NCBI RefSeq assembly: GCF_009914755.1
Contig: NC_060945.1
Direction: 5' to 3' (one strand)
From: the human T2T-CHM13v2.0 reference genome, Homo sapiens
Length of the DNA: 64,000 nt
Made by a program: the position numbers and the translations under genes. Positions 47,321 through 59,598 of the stretch are shown piece by piece (within the stretch, counting starts at the first letter, position 1; every line of letters starts with the position of its first letter). The notes below the pieces were generated by a model. It searched no databases. It saw nothing but the letters and a program-made list of their open reading frames with translations, and was not told where the DNA came from.

Positions 47321-47967
47321 TTCTGGGAGGCAGAGAGCTCAGCCTAGATGGTGTCCAGCCAGAAACAATTCATATGGAAGATATTTAGCGACACGATAGA
47401 TCTTTCTAGCAGATGCTTGACTGCTCCTAATGTTGCCTGGCATGTGCCACCAGGCAAAGGACACTGGGATGTCCCCACAGCTGCCCCAGAGAAACCCAGT
47501 ACCTCTGCCTCAGGGCTTACCAGAAGGTGGGATCTTCCTGTGGTTGGCTGGCCCCTGATGCGCACTTCTGCCTCTCCTATCCTTCTAGTGCACCTGCCTG
47601 GCCAGCCCTCACCTGTGCGGCAGACTTCCACCCCTGAGACATCGGGGAATGATGTCCTCCAGCTTCTCAGCCTGGTGGTAGAGGGAGAAGCTGGAAGGAG
47701 GGTGCTTTGGGCAAGCCAGGCTGCCGGCTGCCGTCTTGGGCAATGCACCTCTGCATTGGGATGGCCCTCTACTCCTTACAAACTGTGTCCCTGCACATGC
47801 TCTCCAGAGAAAAACAAGCCTGGGCAAGGATTTGAACCTCAGGAAGGCAAATCTGACCACAGTCAAGAGTCATGACTTGAATTCAAGCTGTCCTTAGTCA
47901 AGCTGTTTCTCATCATACCTCTCTGATTGTCTCCATTTTTTTCTTGAAAATGTAGGCATTTGGCTAG

Positions 47968-48357
47968 TGGTTCTGGGTTGAATTGTGTACTCCCTCCCTA
48001 TCAAATTCATGTGTTGAAGCCCTAATCTCCATAACCTCAGAATGTGATCTTATTTGGAGATAGGGTCTTTATAGAGGTAATTCAATTGAAATGAGGTCCT
48101 CAGGCTGGGCCCTCATCCAGTCTGGCTGCTGTCCTTATAAGAAGAAGAGATGAGGACACAGACATTCACAAAGGGATCCTCATGTGAGGACACAGAGGGA
48201 AGCCATCTGCAAGCCAGGAGAGAGGTCTTAGGAGGAACCTGCTCTGCCAACACGTTAATCTTGGACTCCAGCCTCCTGGATGTGAGAACATAAATTTCTG
48301 TTGCTTAAGTGACCCCGTGTGTGATACTTTGTCATGATAGCCTAAGCAATTCATACA
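47968..48357 (+). mobile_element. MLT1B-like MaLR solo LTR
   Basis: gggttgaattgtgt..aaattcatgtgttgaagcccta ... ataaatttctgttg..taca; 390 bp. Confidence 0.88.
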
Positions 48358-49842
48358 AATAGGAATGAATTTTGCCTTTTCAACAGAAAAATTAGTATTT
48401 CTTCAATGATGATTATACCTTGTTTTTTTGTGCTCTTCCTCGCTTAATAAATTTGGACGAAGATCTGATCTCATTAGTTCTCATTCTTTGTAATCGATAA
48501 GCATGGATTTGTGCTAATTTGATTATCTAGTTCCACAATGGGCATTTTATATAAGCCAGGGTGCCTCTGGATGGAAGCCCGAGAAACAGAATAATAGGAA
48601 ATAGATGACCGAGAGGCGCTCAGAGTAAACTCTTACTTTTGGCTACCAAATTAGGCTTTGTATTAATGAGAACTTGATTTGAACAATCGAAGACTGTGGG
48701 TTTCAGAATACTTCTATTTTAGGACAAAAGAGAATTGTTCGCTCTTGGAAAAAGCTTTAAGTACCAAAGAAGGCACTAACTTGGTAAATGGAAAGCTAGA
48801 AGAAATGCGAATTGTGTTTTTGATTTGGGGAATACAATAGATGCAGAAAGTCCCCTTGCCTGGGACTGCTAATGCCTGAACTTGCTCATTAATCTCTGCC
48901 TCTTAGCACAGACCTGGAAAATTGCAATTCTCCGCACCAGCAGCCCCCATTCGATAAATATGGAGCCAGCAGGCAGGAACGAGAAGTGGCTCTGGGCTGT
49001 GGGGCTGGCTTGTTGGAATCCCACACTCCCCAAGCTGCAGAGGGATTGCAACTCAGGAAGTCAGGCAGAAGGACACAGTGGCTCTCTGCATGCTTTGTTC
49101 CCAGCTTTTTAAAGAGCTTATTGTCTTTTTTTAAATTGGCATTTCATAAAGTGTGATGCTGTATGCCAGCATTATTAGGTACTATGGGTATAAATTTATT
49201 GTTATAACTTTTTTTCCTCTGGAGGAATTGACCTTTTCTCCAACACTAGACGCCGTATTCTCTGAGTATATCTTGATCCAATGTGAGGTGTAAAGGATAA
49301 AAGCAAGGTGCAATCCTTGCTTGCTTTGTTACCTGTCTCTTTGGCTTTCTCTGCCTCAAGGGCAAGGGTTTGGGTCCTTAGGAGGGAACCCCACTCCCTC
49401 TCTTTGGCCGAGTGGCCTCGGTGTGGCCGAGGGGATCCCAGCTAAGAGGGCCCCAGCAGCACAGAACTCCGCATCAATTAGCTTAATGATATCAAGGGCA
49501 ACACAGCTGACAGATGTTAATTCTTCCAAAGTTAATATCGTACTTTGAAAGAAGGTAGAACATTCTAAGAACCTTGGCATTACAATACCCCAATTGCAAG
49601 GCATACTTAAGTTAAATGACTGTTATTTCTTTATAGCTTGCTAAAATTTAGGTCCTTTTATAGTACGCTATGTGCTGTGACTCCTAATGAAGGCAGACTC
49701 CTACTCAGGACTATTATATCCCAATTTACTTCTTGGGCACAAATTTCTGATCTACAGCATTAGGCGTTAGGAGGTCATTCATTTCTATCAAATCAATCTT
49801 AAAATATGAAGAGTGATAAATATGTAAATTAAAGCATTTACC

Positions 49843-50712
49843 TGTTTGTGTGGTGTGTATGAGTGTGTATGTGGTGTGATGTGTGTGGTCTAATGTGTGT
49901 ATGTCTATGGTGTGTGTGGTTTGTGTGTGTGTGGTGTGTATGTATGTGTAGTGTGTGGTGTGTAAAGTGTATTTGTGTATGTGTGGTATGTGTTTGTGTG
50001 TGTAATGTGGTGTATTTGTGAGTGTGTGGTATGTTTGTGTGTTTTGTGTGTGTAGTGTGGTGTGTTTGTGTGTGGTGTGTATGAGTGCGTGTGGTGAGGG
50101 TTGTGTTTGTGTAGGAGTGTGTCTGGTGAGGTGTGTTTGTGTATGAGTGCATGTGTGTGGAGTGAGAGGTGTGTGTTGGTGTGTGTGTGGTGTGTGTGTG
50201 GGGTGTGTTTGATGTGTGATGTGTGTGGTGTGTGGGTGTAGGTATGTATGTGTGGTGTGTGTGTGTAGGGTGTGTTTGTGTGTGTGTGGTGTGTGTGATG
50301 TGTGTGTGTGTTTGGTCTGTGTGTGGGGTGTTTGTGTGTGTGGTGTGTGTGGTGTAGTGTGTTTGATGTGTGATGTGTGATGTGTGTGGTGTGTGTTTGT
50401 GTGTGATACGATATGTGTGTTTGGTGTGGTGTGGGTGTGGTGTGTTTGTGTGATATGTGTTTGGTGTGGTGTGTGTGTGTGTGGTGTAGTGTGTGTGGTG
50501 TGTGTGTGTGTGGTGTGTATTTGATGTGTGATGTGTGATGTGTGTGTGGTATGTGTGTGGTGTGTTTGCATATGTGGTATGATGTGTGTTTGGTGTGGTG
50601 TGTGCGTGGTGTGTTTGTGTAAGTGTGTGTGGTGTGTGACTGTGTGATGGGTGTGGATGTGTCGGTCTGTTGTGTGTGTGTGGCGTGTTGTATGTGTGTG
50701 TGTCTGTGTGTT
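49843..50712. repeat. ~870-bp degenerate (TG)n/(TGG) simple repeat
   Basis: Directly visible; almost no C on the + strand. Confidence 0.98.
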
Positions 50713-51773
50713 AAAAGTAAAAGCTGCTGTGGTGACTTATTGCTGGTTCCTCCAATGATCTAACCATGATGACGTGAGCAATGACCTTTCATCGCCATCA
50801 ACTGGGAAACAAACAGATTTGAGAGTTTCCTTTCCTAAGTTTAGGGGTTAATATATTTTTGAATTGTGCTGTGTTTCAAACTTTTTATCCTTTCTGGGAC
50901 TGTTGCAGGATCCATGAATAGCTCTGTCATGCCCTAGGTGACTTTTCATGTCTGTTAATTTCCTAGGAATTTATGTTAATTATTTGAAGCCTGCCTCTTA
51001 GATTGTGAATGCACAGATGAAGACCATTTTTCTGGAAGTGCTATTTCCCACCATCCGTGAAGAGCCCTGGCTGCCGCCCCCATCCTGGTTGGCCTCACTG
51101 TGGGGCTGTGCCCCTCCCAGGATGGCTCCTTGGCAGAGGCCCCACCTGACAATCTTACCTCACACTCTCCAGCGGCCTGCTTTGCTCTTTGAATCTCTGA
51201 AATTCTATTACTTACTTGTGCATTTACCTTTCCATTTGTTTTCCTGGGGAGGGAGGGGACTAGGTTTGTTCTCTGCTCTCTCCCAGCCCCCAGGACAGGG
51301 ATGGCTCTCTCAGACCACTCGCCGAACTCATGAATTTGGTATAGTTCCCCCAGACTGCCTGGTAAACCAGCAGATTTTGCAAGCTGGTTGACTGTATTAT
51401 GTGTTTAGACTTGGACCATCCAAGAGATGCTTTTCCCCCAGAGCTATATTGACTGGTCCATAAAGAAGTCTGTCAGCTTGGTCTACATCTAAGGAGATGA
51501 AGTAGCACAACCCCACAGGATGAAAACAAGATTTGGAACAAGACCCAGATCCCAAGTCAGGCTTGGCCAGTCTTCACGAGGTGATCTTAAGCGAGGCCCT
51601 TCTAGAACGGGGATGATGAATGTTTCCTCAGCTCTCATAAATGACTACGTAAGTCCAAACTACAGATTACAGAAGCCCAAATTCTCTTTGTAAAATAGGG
51701 AATCTTAAATTCTGATTCTCTATGATGCAAAGCAACTTTAAAACCTATGAAGCCTCCAAATTAGGTCAGGTGC

Positions 51774-52079
51774 TGTTATAGGCTGAGCCGTGTCGTCTCC
51801 CCACCCAAATTAATATGTGGAAGCTCTAACCTCTGGTACCCCAGATTGTAACTACATTTGGAGATGGTTAAAAAGATGGTTAATTGATTAATGTTAAATT
51901 AATGTCCTCATGTGGTGAGGACACAGCAAAAAGGTGGAGAGAGGCCTCACGAGAAACCACACCTGCTAACACCTTCATCTCCAACTTCTGGCCTCCAGAA
52001 CTGTGGGAAAATAAATTCCCATTGGTGAAGCCATCTAGTCTCTGGTATTTTGTTATGGCAGCCCGAGCAAACTCATACT
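51774..52079 (+). mobile_element. MLT1A/B-like LTR with an internal deletion
   Basis: tgttataggctga.. ; cttctggcctccagaactgtgggaaaataaatt ; tttgttatggcagccc. Confidence 0.82.
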
Positions 52080-52185
52080 CTTCTCGACAAGTATCTGCTG
52101 ATGGACTATGGGACTGATGTGAGAACCTCTGCTCCAGCACCAAACTCTGTTGTATCAGAATAGATAAATGCAAGTGGAATTTTAA

Positions 52186-52365
<180 letters not shown>

Positions 52366-52753
52366 TGAGACTCGTAAAATTCATTTGGGACTGTCTTCAA
52401 CTGGTAGTATAATAGTTCCTAACCTTTATATTTATGATTCTCTATTTTACATTTGCCCATCAAATGATCTGTAAAATAAAATCTACTTGAGTATATGAGG
52501 GAGGATGTATTTAATGCTCAATAAAGAGTGGTTTTTATTACCATTCCATCTTTAAGAAGGGCTGCCTGAGCTTTCTCTTGTGACATAATAAAACATATAA
52601 TTGCAGAGGCCACCTTCTATTCAGTTTCTGTGGGGGAAAGGCAGTATTTCAGGAAAGTAGCATAAGAAATGTCTATACTAGTGCAAAGTTTAAACTTGAA
52701 TAGGACTGTTTTGCTTCCTAGTGGAGGTCATGGCAGAACTGAATCAGGGGACG

Positions 52754-52824
52754 TTCCAAGCCTCAGGGAGCATCATTTCTTCATTATTTTTCCAAGCCTC
52801 AGGGAGCATCATTTCTTCATTATT
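52754..52824. repeat. Perfect 35-bp tandem duplication (period 36)
   Basis: ttccaagcctcagggagcatcatttcttcattatt at 52754 and 52790. Confidence 0.98.
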
Positions 52825-54514
52825 CAAGGGCCATTGGCAGAGCTCTGTGTCAGGTCCTGGTGGTTTAATGAGGTTTCTGCTCAGAGGGAAAAGCCTCATT
52901 GCCTGGAGCCATTTTGCAACTACACTGTTTGTTGAGAAAGGGCAATGTGACAGGTGCACAGGTAATGGACAGGTAGCTAGATAATGTAGCAGTTCACGTA
53001 GCTGCCCAGCCTGATAGATTTTGATTGTCACTTCCTTTGAGGTGAGATCTTACAGGTGATGGACTTGGCTGATGTCTGAAGGCCTTGTGAGGGATAATGG
53101 CCCCCCAGGCACACAGGATGTTGAATCATGGGACCATTTTTTTGGAGCTATAGTGATCAATAAGTCGGGTTTCCCCTAGTCTTCTAGTGGAGTGGGAATT
53201 GCTGTTCTCTTACATCAGATCTGCTAATTGGCATGAATATCTCTTGACTGTTCTGTGGTCAGCTTGAAAATTTCAGAATGTCTATGCAGAGTGGGAAAAG
53301 GTAGAATTCCAGGACCTGCGGCAAATACAAGTAATGACAACTGTGAAGCCCTGGATGGCTTACAAGGTGTTTTGGTGAAATACTTCTTAAAAGGAAAAGC
53401 CGTAGACAAGTCAAATGTAGTGGAGTTGAGCAAAGAATGATTCCAGAATTAGGTGTCTCTCTGAACCAGAACAGGTTCTCAGAACTCCAGCCTGCCACGT
53501 GGTCAGGCAGCCTTGATGGGCAGAAAGCAGACGTGAGGCACCGAGGCAGCTTAACTGGTTACAGTGCAGCATTTTGCCCTGCTTGAGTAAGTTGCCCACC
53601 TGTGATTGACTGAAAATGGGCTGCTGTGATTGATGGAGAGCCCACTATTTGTTGACCAGAGCATGCCTGTACAGTACTCCTGAGTTAGGCTTCTAGTTAG
53701 TTTTTGTACTAAGACTGTAGTTTTTATTTGAGGACTGGAGTATGGAGGCATCCTCAGGCCAAATGTAATTTAGTCTAAACTGCTGCTCCCTCAGACTGAA
53801 AAGCCTCCATGGAGAGTGGGCGTGGCCAAAGTGATTTTCCAGTACAGGCGGCAGAATCCTATGTGCACATGTCAGGGAGAGGCCACCCAGTCCAGACCTA
53901 AGCCTTCAGCCATCTGTGTGAAGGAGAAAGTGGTAACATGACGGAAATGATTGTACTGCAATCTGGACATGACAATGGCATTCGTTTCGTCCATACCACT
54001 CGTTTAGACGCCCTGCTCCCTCCTGGACACAGAAGCTCTGCAAAGGCCTCTAGGCCACTAGGAGGGCGTGGTGTGTGCCCTCGTAGCTAAGGAGAATGTC
54101 CTTTTGTATTGTCTAAGCTTTACAGTGACATGACTTGTGAGTTGTGGACTGTATCGGTCGGCAGTGGGAAGTCTCTCTTTTGAACAAATTTTAAGGATAT
54201 TCTTTCTGCCTTGTATTTCTGAGCTGGGGCCATCTTGCAACAAGCCCAGCAAACACAGCTGACCATGATGGCCATGCGGGCGGCCATGATGGAAAGTGCC
54301 CCCTTCCTCCCTGGATGAGGGCCCGAGTGATCCATGAATCTCACCACTGAGCAGACACAGACACCCTGAGGCTGGAGAGCCACCTTACTGCCCACGTCCC
54401 CTTCACTGGCCTTTGCAGCTCTGGCCACGCCATGCCCAGTACAGTGTGGCCTGTGCTTTAAGGTACAACCGAGTGTTGATCTGAACATAAACCTAACACT
54501 GGGAGCCAGGTAGC

Positions 54515-54630
54515 ACAGGCTTTTGTTTTCCAGATGAGAAAACTGAGCACCAGAGAAGCTAAGAACTTTTTTCAGAGTCACAGAGCAGTCAGAGGCAATC
54601 CCCAAATTCAGATTTTACCTGAAATCCATA
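54515..54630 (-). mobile_element. MIR fragment
   Basis: cagatgagaaaactgagcaccagagaagctaagaact..gtcacaga. Confidence 0.7.
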
Positions 54631-54631
54631 G

Positions 54632-55047
<416 letters not shown>

Positions 55048-55614
55048 CCGGGTTTTGTTTATTCCCTGGCCAGCTATTGGTGGCAGGCTCTGTTCTAGGC
55101 AAGAAGAGGCTTAAAAACCCGCCTGGAGCTTCTCTTGTTCTGCTGGGTCCCCACAGGCTCCTCTGGGGCCACAGGCCCTGGCCCAGGGGCATGAGGGTAC
55201 TCCTGTGCCTTCCTCTTTCCCTGTGTGCCTATTGAGGTCTGGACGTCTGCCCCTGGACACCTGTGCCCCTCTTCTCTCCATTCAGCCTTGAGCATTTCCT
55301 GAGGCTTTCCCCCATGAAACAGCAGTGCTCCCTGACGTCATTCTCAGGTGCCAGGTTTCCCATCTTCCTTACAGTGCCCCCTGTGGGCTGTGTCCCTCTG
55401 GCTGCCCAGACAGTGGCTTTCTCAGGACAGCTCCCAGCTACATGCCTCCTTGGAGGCCCCTTGAGGCCCTCCTCCATGACAATGCTGCAGGGAGTGAGGA
55501 CAAGGACTCGCCTCACAGACTGAAGTTAAATGGTTACCAAGGAGGGTACCGTGCTTGTTTAGTCCTCCAGATAAAGGCATGCCTTTGACAGCTGCCTAGC
55601 ATATTGATTAATGG

Positions 55615-55820
55615 CTCACTTGCAATCAACAGTTGTTAATTGAACACCTACTGTGTGTGTGCGCTGGATCCTATGTAAGCTGTTGGAACAAGGCGGACAA
55701 AGTCCCGGGCCTCACAGAGCTCACGCTCTAGCGTAGAAGACCGAGGACAAACCAGAGAAGGAAACAAAGAAGTAAAGTCATGGGTAGCAATTGCACCGTG
55801 AAGAACTGCAATGCAGGCTT
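55615..55820 (-). mobile_element. L2 3' fragment
   Basis: caatcaaca..ttgaacacctactgtgtg..gagctcacgctctag. Confidence 0.55.
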
Positions 55821-57419
55821 GGGGGTGTGGCGTGCCCCTAGGGGACATATTCGGGGAATGTCCTCTCCTAGGGCTCTTCAGTCTCCCCAGCAGGCGTGGC
55901 CGAGGGCTTCCCTGTGGGTATCAGCAGTAGAAAGGGCCCCCTGTACTGCCCGTGGGTCCCCGCCTCTGCCCGGGAGTGATGGGGCTGGGGAAGCTCCTCA
56001 CAGGGCCACCCTGCTCCTGTGGCCTTGTCACTGTCACTGGGGTCATCCTTGGGGAACCTTGGCAGGCTCCAAGGCCCTGAAGAATGGTTCTGGGAGTGGG
56101 TGCCTGGCTGTGGTCCCTTCCCTTACTCTCCTCCCCTACCTTTGTGCCTGCTGAATCTGGAGTATTTAGAACTGTACTTTCCTGACTTCCAGGGCCACAG
56201 ACCATTTGTACTGAACCCTGTGCCACCGAGTCTAATTGGTTGTCCCTTCTCCACTGCAGTCGGGTGCCCCATTCTCTTCTTTACACACTCCTGACTGGCT
56301 CAGCGGAAGGAGCTCCTGCCACTCCTCTAACAGCATCTGACCTTCCCCGCCGCCCCGGGAACTGGACTCTCTGAAGTATACAGAAAAGTAGCGATTCCTT
56401 AAATGTTAGTGGTTTCTTTTTTAAACAATGTAATATTTTTCAAATGAGGAATCAATCAGTCACTTTTGGCTGAGATATCAGTTTAAGATATAAGTGCAAA
56501 ATTGATTTCTGTGAACTGTCCTCACTGTTTCATTATATATTTCCTTAATATACATAATTTTCTGCGTCTTCATTTGTCATTTGTCAAAAAATAATATTGC
56601 CGCTTTCTTCCATCATTATAAAAGGGAAAAGACAAATCAGGCCCTTTAAAAACTTCAGATTCCAGCAACATTTTACATTTAAAAGGGAAACTTCCCCTCC
56701 TACTTGGAATCAGAGTGAATTTTTCCCCTTTGCACTCACTGTACAGTTGATGCAAGGATTCCTCTGGGAGTAGAAGGATTTGGGACTATAAACCATCTTA
56801 TGAAAAATGACAACTCCCAGTGCTGTAGATGCTACCTAACCAAGGATGTTATTGGTACGAAAGGGTTTATTGCCATGAGCACAAACACTGGAGCCATTTG
56901 CATTCTGGGTTTGCTAGACACTTGACCTCCAGTCCCAGGCTCATGTGATAACATTAATTAACCACTTTTAAAACATCTACTTGAGCCACAGGAAACTTTT
57001 ACTTCTCCCAGTGATCCTACCCCTTATTTTTCTCCAAAGAAAGGGCCCTGGCAATGTAGAAGACAATGTGAATAGCTACCTGGAGTGTGAAAAACAGTTC
57101 CACTTGTCTATCATTTGGGCTGTCCTGGGTTAAAAAGGAAGCACCCCCATCCCCTGCCTCTGAAATATTCCTGAACATTGGTGCACTCAACATCTCTGCT
57201 TTTATGAGCATTGGCAGCAAGTTTGAAATAGAAGACAACAGTTCTCTGATTTGGGTCATGGCTCCATCAGTCCTACAAGGCTTCCAAAGCCAGAGCTGAC
57301 ATTCCCTCCTCCTAGGTGAGAGGATGATTGAAGGGTCCCAGGTGGAAACTGATTAGGATCTAGGAAAATTGAGAGGAGGCTGCTTACAGCTCTGCAGATG
57401 CATCTGAAATAAGTGCTGA

Positions 57420-57491
57420 TTCTCATCTATCTATTACCTGTCTATCTGTATTTGTCTATCATCTACTTATGTTTGTCTGTCTGTCTCTCTG

Positions 57492-57538
<47 letters not shown>

Positions 57539-57612
57539 ATCTATCTATCTATCTGTCTATCTATCTATCTATATATCTATCATCTATCTATCTATCTATC
57601 ATCATCTATCTA
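57420..57612. repeat. Compound (TCTA)n/(TCTG) tetranucleotide STR
   Basis: Core (TCTA)11 at 57493-57536 plus interrupted blocks. Confidence 0.97.
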
Positions 57613-58233
57613 GAGCAAGCAGGATAGAACAGGCAGGCCTTACCTCAAGTCCTCAAGGAACCCCAGCTTCCTCCACCCTCTCTGATAGAGCTGGTGCCTG
57701 AGCATTATTATGCAAAGTCCCTAAACAAGGTAGTGGATGATGAACTCAGGCTGCCTGGTGACACTCAGGAATAGAGCCCACTCCCTGCTCACTGGCTGGG
57801 GCTTTTCCTCTGCCTCAGAATGCCTCCAGTTCTCCCATCTCCAAGTTGGCTGTGCTCCTCACAGGGCTGGCCTCCTCTGCTCTAGGTGCAAGCCCAGGGT
57901 GGCAGCGAGGCTCTTGGCCCAGGTCCCAGGAGAGGTCAGTTCTGTCCCCAGTTCTGGCTTGAGCTAACTCCAAGGCCTCCTTTGTCCTTGGATCTCAATT
58001 CTGGCCACACCTGAGAGTCTTTTTAAAAGAAGTGTAGATGTCTGGCCTCCCCACAGGGACACGGATTTCTCAACATCCATCTTGCTCTTAGGAGCACCCT
58101 TCCCACTGCGGCTGTGCAAGGAGGAAGCCCTGAGTCTGGGGTGAGACCCTCATGCCTGTATTTAAAAAAAGAAAGAAAAAGAAAAACGATGCCTTTGATG
58201 AATCTGATGTTTAGCCTTCATCAGACTAGAGGC

Positions 58234-58370
58234 ATTTATTATTTTATTTTAGTTTTTTATTTCTGTAGGTTTTTGGGGAACAGGTGGTGTTTGGTTACAT
58301 GAGTAAGTTCTTCAGTGGTGATTTGTAAGATTTTGATACACCCATCACCTGAGCAGCATACACTATACAC
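58234..58370 (-). mobile_element. L1PB1-like extreme 3' end (~135 bp including tail)
   Basis: Reverse complement reads ctgctcaggtgatgggtg..aaatcaccact..catgtaaccaaacaccacctgttccccaaaaacc plus an A-rich tail. Confidence 0.88.
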
Positions 58371-58408
58371 TCTACGGCCATACCACCCTGAACACGCCGG
58401 GTCTCATC
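58371..58408 (+). pseudogene. 5S rRNA 5' fragment (nt 2 to ~39)
   Basis: tctacggccataccaccctgaac is identical to human 5S rRNA nt 2-24; 30/33 identity through nt 34. Confidence 0.92.
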
Positions 58409-59159
58409 AGACTAGAGGCTTTTGAAAGACATTTACCTTCCACGACTGAAGAATTTTATTGATTTATTTGTTTTTCCGTCTTGGCTGCACTGGCCCTGTG
58501 CTGTGGTAAGGTATACAGCACAGAGGCCCAAGCCTTCGTTCCTCACCACCCCCCACTTTGTGTCCTGTCACCGTGTGAATTGGTGAAATCCCTCCACCTC
58601 AGCAAGCCATTTGCCAAGTCTACCTCATAGGAACAAGAATGTAAGCTTTGTGAAAGTTCAGTCGAACTGTGAAGGTCAAATGGTGTCATCCCATCTTGAC
58701 GATGATAAAAATGGAAGCCCTGATTGCAATAAGCAAATCTTTCCTGAGAATGACACACAGAATTATACACGGAAACTCAGTATATGACTCTGCTGACTCA
58801 GTAATTGTGAATATCAGCTATCATTGGACCAATATCTTAGCAATATTAAATGGTACCTCTGTGAGATAGCAGGAGAAAGTAACAGCACAGCCAGTATTAA
58901 AACCATATATCAAGATGGTCACTGAGAACAGAAAATCATGTGCAGAAAATACATGAAGTGTTGAGACTGTGTCCTTGAGTTTCATTGTCCTGCTCAGGTG
59001 GTAGATTCTGAGCTCTGTCAAAACACTCCACTGGATTTTACTTTGCAGATGAGCTCTTGTCCTGGGGTGTAAGTTAAGCCCCTGTGTGTGCCCCAAGGTG
59101 GACTTCCTGGCTTCACTTATCTAGTGGGGCTGTCTGCTTTCCTATTTTCAGCTCAGTGA

Positions 59160-59318
<159 letters not shown>

Positions 59319-59598
59319 TGGGAGAACCCCCTCCTAGTCCACCTGAAAACACCAAATTCAACCATCATCTGTCAAGAAATTAAAAGAACAACACCCTAGA
59401 GAGAAGTCATCCACACACAATCCACACACGCATAGCAAACCTCCAATGCATGTACAGAAACCTGTGATATTTATACCCTTGTAGGAAGGTATAGACAATG
59501 GAATTGTGAGTAGCTTAATCTCTATGTTTCTCTCCATTTTCATTCCTCCTGCAACTATTTTCCTTGATGTTGTAATAAAATGAAGTTACGATGAGTGA
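59319..59598 (+). other. PCP4: PCP4 3' UTR (end approximate)
   Basis: From the stop codon to ~20 nt past the AATAAA. Confidence 0.85.
59574..59579 (+). terminator. PCP4: Polyadenylation signal AATAAA
   Basis: First AATAAA after the stop; U-rich downstream element at ~59613-59634. Confidence 0.9.

Noticed and set aside
49726-50571. 281-aa His/Thr-rich ORF on the minus strand
   Set aside because: Translation artefact of the (CA)n-rich strand, which lacks stop codons.
57420-57612. Identification as the forensic STR D21S2055
   Set aside because: The CTAA interruption I remember for that marker is absent, and I recall it lying outside PCP4.
58371-58408. Functional 5S rRNA gene
   Set aside because: Only ~35-40 of ~120 nt are present; the internal Pol III control region and terminator are missing.
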